A stretch of 64,000 bases of DNA. Origin: Ranitomeya imitator (lineage: Eukaryota). Under the pieces are notes generated by a model. That model saw only the letters and a list, made by a program, of their open reading frames with translations. It did not search any database and was not told the DNA's origin. Position numbers and translations under genes: made by a program. Location: contig NC_091290.1 in NCBI RefSeq assembly GCF_032444005.1, positions 7,502,001 through 7,566,000 of the forward strand, given 5' to 3'. Numbering within the stretch: the first letter of the stretch is position 1; each line of letters starts with the position of its first letter. Below are positions 36,524 through 48,500 of this stretch, in pieces.

Positions 36524-39500
36524 ACGTGGGCAGTCAGCTGCTGCTGGGCTCCGGCCTCACCGTCCTGTCCCACCCGCTGATGTACGTGAAGATGCTGGTG
36601 CAGGTGAGTGCGGAGCCCGGGGAGCCGAGGCCGGAGCGTCACCTGTGGGGGCGGGGAGGTCAGAAATGGTGGAGAAGGGGATGTCACATGGTGGCCGGTA
36701 CTGGAGGCAGCTGTCACCTCCTCCCTGTGCCCGGTGTACTGGAGCCCTGTGCCCGGTGTACTGGAGCCCTGTGCCCGGTGTACTGGAGCCCTGTGCCCGG
36801 TGTACTGGAGCCCCGTGCCCGGTGTACTGGAGCCCTGTGCCTGGGAGCCGTCGCCCCGTGCCCGGTGTATTGCAGCACTGTGCCTGGGAGCCATGGCCAC
36901 ATTTTGTCTTTTCTTTTATTCCTTGTTTCTGATATTTGTATTTTTATTATATTTTATTTACATTCGGTTTAAAGTAGGAAGAAAAAGGAAAATGAAAGAG
37001 GAAGCGCCAGATATAAAGGGAGGAGGAGGAGGAGGTGTGCGGACTGCGGTCACTCACATTTCTGGGGGCTTTGGGTATTTCTGCCGCATGTCATCTTGTT
37101 CGTCGCTGTGTATATTTCTGCGTTCTGATACAGGTGTATATATGGTCTGGCTCAGTCTCTCTATGAATGACATTGTGACACGCTCTCGCCGTGCTGGTTC
37201 CCCCTGTCGTGTTACCCCCTGACGTTTGCTACTTGCGATCCTCACCCCTCTTTGGAGTGTACGACCATTTCCGTCTCTACGTTTCCGCGCCTGCGCTGTA
37301 GACCGTGTTTCTCCAGATCTCCCACACATATGGTGACGCTTCCAATGTTGATGTTTCTTCGATATTTCTTCCATACCTGACAACTGATGGTCGACCCCTG
37401 AGGAAGGTGCGGTGGCGACACGTGCGGGGGCCACTTCCATCAGACGTTTCTGCCCCTTCTCTGCTCCTGTGTCTCTGGCATATCACTTGCAGGTTATGTT
37501 TTGTATTTCCGTCCTATACAACAAGCGTTTGGATATTTCACTTTTCGTTTCTTGATTTATTCTTTGCCTATCTTCAGTGGATTGGCGTAAGGAAGCAGCG
37601 TCACGGCATCACTCACATTTACGTGGGATTTGGGTATTTCTGCTCTCGTGGTGTTTGCTGCATATAATAATATTGTGCATTCTGGTACCTGTGTATGTTT
37701 ATATATTATGTTTCAAGCTAAAAAAAATATATATTTTCTATATATTTAATTCATATTTTTTTCGTTCACGCATACTTGTCACGCTTGCACTTTATATTTT
37801 TTTATTTTATTACTTTTAGACTTATTTGTGAGGTTGTTATATTTTTTTTCGACGTCCGGTTATCAGTCGTTGTCTGGTTCAGTCTCTGTGGTCCATGCGG
37901 CACCAATCTTTTTCTTGTGGTTTTTTTGTTACATAACTTTACTGTCAACTTTCTATTTTCATACGACTATTGTGAAGCGCAGGTGCGGTGGATGCTTCCG
38001 GCAAACTTTCCATCTGCATTGTTTGCACAAACCTCTGCATTAATTAGAGAAGGGCCTGGTTACCTTTCTTGATAGAATATTCCCGGTTATGGTCACTGAT
38101 TATGTGATGGATCCAGGAATCTCGTCTGATCGCCATCTGTGGAGTCGGGGAGGAATGTTTCCCTCATTGTGGGGCTATTGGGGGGTTTTGCCTTCCTGTG
38201 GATTAACATGTTACGCTTTATGTTGTACTCAATGGGCTTATATCTTCATTCAACTTTAAAATGATGAAAGTTATTTGCATATATCAAGGACTTTACCTGC
38301 CTCCACTGCACTCCTGATGAAGCCTCCTTTCTCGTGGCGAAACGTGTGAGGCTTTCTCCCACCCGTCTCGTCCTCGGCTTACTGCTCCTTCCTATACCTA
38401 TTGTCCTGTAGTCACTTCACATCTCTTGTGCTTATTGCCCCATTACGGGGTTTATTATTACGATTGTGTTTTGTGGCTTATGAGCTCTGATATGTTATTA
38501 TACTTCCTATATTATTTGTTATATTGAGGTTTTCTTCCTACAGGACCAGATTCTTGTTTATTGCTCGATGCTTGGTTTGGATCTTGCACTTACAGGTCCT
38601 ATGGGTCAATACTTTATTTAGTTTTAAGGGTTACTCTGCTAGCCAGACGGCTGTGTAAATCGGACCACAGTGCACGGACTGGCCGCGGGTCCCGACCCGA
38701 GCGTGTCTGTCTCCATGGTGACGTGTAGTTCTGCACTGGAGCTCTATACTCGAAACGGTGCATTTTAAATCAATGTTTTTGCCAACTCTGGCTGCAGAAT
38801 ATGTAGTAAGGTCACAAAACCCAGTGACGGTCCTGTTGTAGGGTTTAGCCCGCACCTCTCACTTCCACATCGGGGGACTAGGGGGCGCCGCTGAGGTCGC
38901 TGACTGCTACTACTGTAGGGCCTCTGCTGCATACAGAGCGGTGTGTATAGGGCTCAGGGCCGTGTGTATAGGAGCTGGGTGTGGGCCGTGCACAGATCTG
39001 CGCTCCTGGGGTGCGGTGCTGGGGTCGGTGCCAGTGAACGCATGAAGCTGGCACGTCCGGCTCCTCCGCCGGAGATTGCTGCAGATCAGGTCTTCGTGGC
39101 GTCACGCAGCCAACAAGCTAATGATTATCTCCTGTGTGATAGTCCATAGTGCGGTCAGGGGTGAAGTCCCCGTCTGCCGTTTACCTGCCTCCCATCTCAC
39201 CTTTACCATAGACTTCTGTGGTGATTGTAAAGGTGCATAGCACGCGGCAGCTCCATGTGCCCCACCCGAGTACGGAAGACCAGAGGAGCCACGTTCAGGG
39301 GAAGTAATGGTGGTGATGGCATGTCTGCAGGAGTCACCATAAATGCCTGATGCAGGACCCTGTCTCTAGAACGGGGGTCTGCCATTCTTATTCCACTAAA
39401 TATGACACAAGAATGAATGGGGAGGTGGGCAAACATGCATGGTGGTCTCCTTTAGCCGTGAAAGAGTGTTGCAGACAGGTTTACATCCATCCCTCTGGAG

Positions 39501-42500
39501 CAGCTCCTGGGCCGTGCATGTAATCTCATCCTGTGCATCATGGGCCGTGCATCTAATCTCATCCTGTGTCATGGGTCGCTGGGCCGTGCATCTAATCCCA
39601 TCATGTGTGTCATGGACCGCTGGGCCGTGCATCTAATCCCATCATGTGTGTCATGGACCGCTGGGCCGTGCATCTAATCTCATCCTGTGCATCATGGGCC
39701 GTGCATCTAATCTCATCCTGTCATGGGTCGCTGGGCCGTGCATCTAATCCCATCATGTGTGTCATGGACCGCTGGGCCGTGCATCTAATCCCATCATGTA
39801 GCGGTGCTCCAGGTGCGCAGAACGTCTGTGGAGAAAATCTAATCTACCCGAAGACTTCATCCATTATAAGTTCATGCTAAAGACATACAATTCTGCCCTT
39901 CACCTCTCCAAATAAACCTATTTCAACACCCTCATCACCTCCCTGTCCAATAACCCTAAACGTCTCTTTGACACGTTCCAGTCCCTACTCAACCCAAGAG
40001 AGCAGGCCCCAACCACGGATCTCCGTGCTGACGATCTGGCCAATTACTTCAAAGAAAAAATTGACCACATTCGACAGGAAATCATCTCCCAATCTCTTCA
40101 TACCATGCACTGTCCTCCCTCCCCCACTGCATCTAGTTCACTCTCTGACTTTGAAGCAGTTACAGAAGAAGAAGTAAGCAGGCTCCTTGCATCTTCTCGC
40201 CCGACCACTTGCACCAGTGACCCCATTCCGTCACATCTCCTCCAGTCCCTTTCCCCGGCTATCACCTCTCACCTAACAAAAATATTCAACCTTTCCCTCA
40301 CTTCCGGTATTTTTCCCTCCTCATTTAAGCATGCCATCATACATCCATTACTTAAAAAACCATCCCTCGATCAAAACTGTGCCGCTAATTATAGACCTGT
40401 CTCTAATCTTCCCTTCATCTCTAAACTCCTCGAACGCCTGGTCCACTCCCGTCTTACCCGCTATCTCTCAGATAACTCTCTTCTCGACCCTCTTCAATCT
40501 GGCTTCCGCTCTTTACACTCTACTGAAACTGCCCTCATTAAAGTCTCTAATGACCTACTAACAGCTAAATCTAATGGTCACTACTCCATGCTAATTCTCT
40601 TGGATCTCTCTGCAGCATTCGACACTGTGGATCATCAGCTCCTCCTCACTATGCTCCGCTCCATCGGCCTCAAGGACACCGTTCTCTCCTGGTTCTCCTC
40701 CTATCTCTCTGACCGATCCTTCACTGTATGTTTTGCTGGTTCCTCCTCCTCTCACCTTCCCCTTACTGTTGGGGTTCCTCAAGGATCAGTCCTAGGCCTC
40801 CTCCTCTTCTCTTTGTATACTGCCCCTATTGGACAAACAATCAGTAGATTTGGTTTCCAGTACCATCTCTATGCTGACGACACCCAATTATACACTTCTT
40901 CTCCTGATATCACACCGACCTTTTTAGAAAACACCAGTGATTGTCTTACCGCTGTCTCTAACATCATGTCCTCCCTCTATCTGAAACTAAACCTGTCAAA
41001 AACTGAACTCCTCGTGTTCTCTCCCTCTACTAACCTACCTTTGCCTGACATTGCCATCTCCGTGTGCGGTTCCACCATTACTCCAAAGCAACATGCCCGC
41101 TGCCTTGGGGTCATCCTTGATTCTGACCTTTCATTCACCCCCCACATTCGATCACTGGCTCGCTCTTCTTACCTGCATCTCAAAAACATTTCTAGAATTC
41201 GCCCTTTTCTTAATTTCGACTCTGCAAAAACTCTGACTGTTTCACTTATTCATTCTCGTCTGGACTATTGTAACTCTCTACTAATCGGCCTCCCTCTTGC
41301 AAAACTCTCCCCGCTCCAATGTCCTGAATGCTGCAGCCAGGATCATATTCCTCACCAACCGTTACACCGATGCCTCTACCTTGTGCCAGTCATTACACTG
41401 GTTACCCATCCACTCAAGAATCCAGTACAAAACTACTACCCTCATCCACAAAGCACTCCATGGCTCAGCACCACCCTACATCTCCTCCCTGGTATCAGTC
41501 TACCACCCTACCCGTGCCCTCCGCTCCACTAATGACCTCAGGTTAGCATCCTCAATAATCAGAACCTCCCACTCCCGTCTCCAAGACTTTACACGTGCTG
41601 CGCTGATTCTTTGGAATGCACTACCTAGGTTAATACGATTAATCCCCAATCCCCACAGTTTTAAGCGTACCCTAAAAACTCATTTGTTCAGACTGGCCTA
41701 CCGCCTCAATGCATTAACCTAACGATCCCTGTGTGGCCTATTTATAATAAAAAAAAAAAAAAAGGTTCCTCGCATCATGTTCTCATTCACTTTATGCAGT
41801 TATTAGCCCTCTGTGTCTGTACTGCTACATACTTAGGCAGGTAACTGGTTCATGCAGCTTTACATGAACACCCGAGCCTTACACTATGGCCGGTCCGAAT
41901 AACTAAAGCAATTGTTACCATCCACCTCTCGTGTCTCCCCTTTTCCCCATAGTTTGTAGCTTGCGAGCAGCAGGGCCCTCATTCCTCCTGGTATCTGTTT
42001 TGAACTGTATTTCTGTTATGCTGTAATGTCTATTGTCTGTACAAGTCCCCTCTATAATTTGTAAAGCGCTGCAGAATATGTTGGCGCTATATAAATAAAA
42101 TTATTATTATTATTATTATCATGTGTCATGGGTCGCTGGGCCGTGCATCTAATCCCATCATGTGCGTCATGGTCTGTGAGCCGTACATCTAATCCCATCC
42201 TGTGTGTCATGGTCTGTGAGCCGTGCATCTAATCCCATCATGTGCGTCATGGTCTGTGGGCTGTGCATCTAATCCCATCATGTGCGTCATGGTCTGTGGG
42301 CCGTGCACCTAATCCCATCATGTGCGTCATGGTCTGTGAGCCGTGCATCTAATCCCATCATGTGCGTCATGGTCTGTGGGCCGTGCATCTAATCCCATCA
42401 TGTGCGTCATGGTCTGTGGGCCGTACATCTAATCCCATCATGTGCGTCATGGTCTGTGGGCCGTGCATCTAATCCCATCATGTGCGTCATGGTCTGTGGG

Positions 42501-45500
42501 CCGTACATCTAATCCCATCATGTGCGTCATGGTCTGTGGGCCGTACATCTAATCCCATCATGTGCGTCATGGGTTGCTGGGCCATGCATCTAATCCCATC
42601 ATGTGCGTCATGGTCTGTGGGCCGTGCATCTAATCCCATCCTGTGCGTCATGGGTCGCTGGGCCGTGCATCTAATCCCATCCTGTGTGTCATGGTCTGTG
42701 GGCCGTGCATCTAATCCCATCATGTGCGTCATGGTCTGTGGGCCGTACATCTAATCCCATCATATGCGTCATGGTCTGGGGGCTGTGCATCTAATCCCAT
42801 CATGTGCGTCATGGTCTGTGGGCCGTGCATCTAATCCCATCATGTGCGTCATGGTCTGTGGGCCGTGCATCTAATCCCATCCTGTGCGTCATGGGTCGCT
42901 GGGCCGTGCATCTAATCCCATCATGTGTGTCATGGTCTGTGGGCCATGCATCTAATCCCATCATGTGCGTCATGGTCTGTGGGCCGTGCATCTAATCCCA
43001 TCATGTGCGTCATGGTCTGTGGGCCGTGCATCTAATCCCATCCTGTGCGTCATGGGTCGCTGGGCCGTGCATCTAATCCCATCATGTGTGTCGTGGTCTG
43101 TGGGCCGTGCATCTAATCCCATCCTGTGTGTCGTGGTCCGCTGGGCCGTGCATCTAATCCCATCATGTGTCATACACTGTGTATCTAATCCCCCAGCGTG
43201 TGGTACGGCGAGCAGCACCAAGTAACAGAATGGGCCGCTGGCGTCCTGAGTCCACATCTCTGTATTTCCCGATGGAAATTTCAGCAGCTGCTCCCCCTAG
43301 TGTTTATATGTGGAAAATATCAAAACTTGTTATTTTTTGTATTTTATACTATTAAGATTATATATATTTTAAAAGATAAAACATTAGTACATTTATTTAA
43401 TTGTTGAGAATTTTTTTTTTTTCTGTCCCCTTCCCTTTTTCGTAAAATGATGGTGTTCCCGCAGGCGGCCGGATCTCATATCCACAGTGCCGAGCGCCCC
43501 ACATCGTTCCTCGTTTCGCCCTTGGCCCCCTTCTTCCGCCATCTCTTGTTCCTGCTCTTGGCCGGGCCGAGCTCCGGGGGGTTCTGGATCCTCTGTGATA
43601 TGGCCGTCAGGTTGGGGTGAAGCTCGGGGCAGACGTCGTGGGGGCCGACGCACATGTCCTTCTTGTTATAGAAGAAGTGTCTCCTCTTCGGCTTCGCTGT
43701 GGTCAGACATTCTGCAAACTGCTTGTCGCACTCGCACGCCATCCGGCCGCACAGCGTGGAGGAACGGCATTGTGTGCGCGCCGGGCCGCACGAGAACTGG
43801 TAGAGCTGCCACTTCACCTTCCCGTGGCAGCGCAGGTCAAGCCTGGAATAGCGGTAACAGCAGTCGTGGCGGAGGCAGCACCGGTCCACGTCATCCACCG
43901 CGGCCCCTGCCCCTCCTGTGCCGCAGTAACAGCCGTACAGGTTAATGCCCAGCAGGGGCACCTTCAGCCGCTCTCTGTAGCACCACAGGGTCACCACTAG
44001 ATCCAGCACGCCGCGTCTCTGACGAGCCGGAGCGCCGCTGCAGGACGTCCAGTGCTGGAGGTAACACACGCAGACCAAGAGGAGCAGCAGCAGCTTGGAC
44101 ATGTCGGGTCAGGCCGGAGGCTTCTGCGGAGACACAGCCGTTATTCTACTTAGTCTCATTCTCTTGTTGTGTTTTTATTTCTGTATTTTGTAACAAAAAA
44201 ATAAAATTGCGAAACATGAAACGTCCACGAGATAGAATTACAGATCAGTGTATAATAACTGGGACCCCGGAGGGAAACTACGGGGGAGAACTATAGGTGC
44301 TGGAACTTCCTTTCTCTCTTCACCTAGCATGCAGTGCTCCAACCATGCTATGCCGGATCCAAAGGTCCACTTATACCTATATTCTGTGTGACAGACTGGA
44401 GAGGAAAAGATGGGGGACAGAGACCCGTCCCCCCCTTCCCCCGCACACACAGTCTGCAGAGGGGGACAGAGACCCGTCCCCCCCCCTTCCCCCGCACACA
44501 CAGTCTGCAGAGGGGGACAGAGACCCGTCCCCCCCCCTTCCCCCGCACACACAGTCTGCAGAGGGGGACAGAGACCCGTCCCCCCCCCTTCCCCCGCACA
44601 CACAGTCTGCAGAGGGGGACAGAGACCCGTCCCCCCCTTCCCCCGCACACACAGTCTGCAGAGGGGGACAGAGACCCGTCCCCCCCCTTCCCCCGCACAC
44701 ACAGTCTGCAGAGGGGGACAGAGACCCGTCCCCCCCTTCCCCCGCACACAGTCTGCAGAGGGGGACAGAGACCCGTCCCCCCCTTCCCCCGCACACACAG
44801 TCTGCAGAGGGGGACAGAGACCCGTCCCCCCCCCTTCCCCCGCACACACAGTCTGCAGAGGGGGACAGAGACCCGTCCCCCCCTTCCCCCGCACACACAG
44901 TCTGCAGAGGGGGACAGAGACCCGTCCCCCCCCTTCCCCCGCACACACAGTCTGCAGAGGGGGACAGAGACCCGTCCCCCCCCTTCCCCCGCACACACAG
45001 CCTGCAGAGGGGGACAGAGACTCGTCCCCCCCCTTCCCCCGCACACACAGTCTGCAGAGGGGGACAGAGACCCGTCCCCCCCCTTCCCCCGCACACACAG
45101 TCTGCAGAGGGGGACAGAGACCCGTCCCCCCCCTTCCCCCGCACACACAGCCTGCAGAGGGGGACAGAGACCCGTCCCCCCCTTCCCCCGCACACACAGT
45201 CTGCAGAGGGGGACAGAGACCCGTCCCCCCCTTCCCCCGCACACACAGTCTGCAGAGGGGGACAGAGACCCGTCCCCCCCTTCCCCCGCACACACAGTCT
45301 GCAGAGGGGGACAGAGACCCGTCCCCCCCTTCCCCCGCACACACAGTCTGCAGAGGGGGACAGAGACCCGTCCCCCCCTTCCCCCGCGCACACAGTCTGC
45401 AGAGGGGGACAGAGACCCGTCCCCCCCCCCTTCCCCCGCACACACAGTCTGCAGAGGGGGACAGAGACCCGTCCCCCCCTTCCCCCGCACACACAGTCTG

Positions 45501-48500
45501 TAGAGGGGGACAGAGACCCGCCGCACACTACCTGTAATCCATCTGTCTAGAAGGGGGGCCGGCACCTTGACTTTAGAGGAGTCCGTCAGCCCATGGAATA
45601 CAAGCGTACGACCCGTGCACACAGTAACGTGTATTTCTGCTGTCCCGTCCCTCGCTGCTCGTCTGTCCATACACCCTCCTTATAACACCGTATAATAGCT
45701 CCGCACCTGTGTGTCACTGCTCGTCTGTCCATACACCCTCCATATAACACCGTATAATAGCTCCGCACCTGTGTCGCTGCTCGTCTGTCCATACACCCTC
45801 CTTATAACACCGTATAATAGCTCCGCACCTGTGTCGCTGCTCGTCTGTCCATACACCCTCCTTATAACACCGTATAATAGCTCCGCACCTGTGTCACTGT
45901 TCGTCTGTCCATACACCCTCCTTATAACACCGTATAATAGCTCCACACCTGCGTGTCACTGCTCGTCTGTCCATACACCCTCCTTATAACACCGTATAAT
46001 AGCTCCGCAACTGTGTGTCACTGCTCGTCTGTCCATACACCCTCCTTATAACACCGTATAATAGCTCCACACCTGCGTGTCACTGCTCGTCTGTCCATAC
46101 ACCCTCCTTATAACACCGTATAATAGCTCCGCACCTGTGTGTCACTGCTCGTCTGTCCATACACCCTCCATATAACACCGTATAATAGCTCCGCACCTGC
46201 GTGTCACTGTTCGTCTGTCCATACACCCTCCTTATAACACCGTATAATAGCTCCGCACCTGTGTGTCACTGCTCGTCTGTCCATACACCCTCCTTATAAC
46301 ACCGTATAATAGCTCCGCACCTGCGTGTCACTGTTCGTCTGTCCATACACCCTCCTTATAACACCGTATAATAGCTCCGCACCTGTGTCGCTGCTTGTCT
46401 GTCCATACACCCTCCTTATAACACCGTATAATAGCTCCGCACCTGCGTGTCACTGCTCGTCTGTCCATACACCCTCCTTATAACACCGTATAATAGCTCC
46501 GCACCTGTGTCGCTGTTCGTCTGTCCATACACCCTCCTTATAACACCGTATAATAGCTCCGCACCTGTGTCGCTGCTCGTCTGTCCATACACCCTCCTTA
46601 TAACACCGTATAATAGCTCCGCACCTGCGTGTCACTGCTCGTCTGTCCATACACCCTCCTTATAACACCGTATAATAGCTCCGCACCTGCGTGTCACTGT
46701 TCGTCTGTCCATACACCCTCCTTATAACACCGTATAATAGCTCCGCACCTGTGTCGCTGCTCGTCTGTCCATACATCCTCCTTATAACACCGTATAATAA
46801 ATAGCTCCGCACCTGCGTGTTGCTCTCGGGCGACGCTCTCGCTCGGCTCTGCTGCTGTCACCCTCTGCCCCTTTATATATCCCATGTGCTGGGGTCGGGC
46901 GCAGCGTCCTTAACCCTTGCATCACCGTACCCGTTGTGCGGGGGGCACAGCCGTGGTGTCCGGCCACCATTCTGTCTGCGGTGACCCCTCACTCGTTCCC
47001 CGTCTGCAGGGTTTCGGGGGCTGCTTCTTGTGGAACACTGCGGCCCCTTCCATGAACGGGTTACTCTGGAGCTCGCGGTCTCGTAGCGCTCAGGACTAAA
47101 TATATCACATCTGGGTTTTTTCCACCCATCAATTATCTTCCTTTGGCCGTGGTTCATGGACAGTTGGGTTTGGAGACCTCAGAAGTGAATCCTCGGAGTC
47201 TTGGAGTCTCACTTTGTGCTCCGTTCGCTCCTGGGTCACAGATGTGTAAGGAGCAGCGTGCACGGCCTCACCTTTGCTCCTCCATGGCACACGCACGCAT
47301 GTGTCTGCGCTGTGATCGCCATTGTGTTGGGATTTCCATCGTTTGTGGTTTTCTTCAGATTCAGACTTTTCTGCTTTTGCTTTGTAGGTGGGACACGAGC
47401 CAATGCCACCAACGTTGGGCCGAAACCTCTTTGGGCGTCAGGTGTACCAACTGCCAGGATTCTTCGCCTACGGTGAGCGCACACTGTGTTCCCGGCGGCG
47501 CTCACCCCATGTACAGCGTCATCTAACGATCGGCCGGTGTCATATTGGGGGTTTATTACGACGGCGTTCTGCCCGCCGTCTGTGCATAGACCCTCAAGCA
47601 TTGCCGGATGGAAGCTGAGCTCAGGGGATAGATATCAGGCTGCGGTTTGTACCAGCAGAACTGTGAATGCCGCTCTGGAGGACGTTACCTACTTTCTGCC
47701 TGTGGAGTCTGTTCTGCTTTTCACCCGCAGATGCTCAGTAATCTGTTCTTTTATGTATTTGCAGCAAAACACATCATTAAAATTGATGGAAAGCGAGGAC
47801 TCTTCAAGGGCCTGACCCCCCGACTGTGCGCCGGAGCGGTGGGCACGGTGGTGCACAGCAGAGTATTGCAGGTAACTGGTTTTATCATTGGCAATGGGTC
47901 AGACTGGTGACGTCAACGCTTCTGGACACTGGATAGCGTAGATGCACTGATGAGGAATATGGTGTCACTCTATAATCGATGCTGCATTGCGCCAATCAAA
48001 ACGGACAGATGGGCGCCAGGCAAAGAAGTGCAACCATGCCCAACAATGGGGCACTGCGGGCGCGACTGAGGGGAGCAGGAGGTCACCCCTCTCTTGCTAA
48101 AGCCACCGATGTCTACTGGATGGCCTCTGTTTGAATGCCGCCTCCCCCGCCCTTTTAAGAGGGGTCCCCTGGATGTGGCCTCGCCTTTTTTTTTGGGAGA
48201 GGGTCCCCTGGATGTGGCCTCACTTTTTTTGGGAGGGGGTCCCCTGGATGTGGTCTCACCTTTTTTTGGGAGGGGGTCCCCTGGATGTGGCCTCACCTTT
48301 TTTTGGGAGGGGGTCCCCTGGATGTGGCTTCACCTTTTTTTTGGGGAGAGGGTCCCCTGGTTGTGGCTTCACCTTTTTTGGGAGGGGGTCCCCTGGATGT
48401 GGCTTTACCTTTTTTTTGGGGAGAGGGTCCCCTGGTTGTGGCTTCACCTTTTTTGGGAGAGGGTCCCGTGGTTGTGGCTTCACCTTTTTTGGGAGGGGGT

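Noticed and set aside
33251-36972. 1065-aa and 925-aa ORFs, the latter running into MTCH2 exon 1
   Set aside because: Minisatellite translations. The true MTCH2 start is the ATG at 36517, matching the orthologue N-terminus.
43487-44000. + strand ORFs (152 aa, 127 aa) over the PLA2
   Set aside because: GC-rich antisense shadows with no recognisable motifs.
43476-44102. PLA2 as a dead processed pseudogene or as contamination
   Set aside because: No stops or frameshifts, all catalytic and Cys residues kept, its own acceptor and polyA signal, and embedded between phase-consistent MTCH2 exons 1 and 2.
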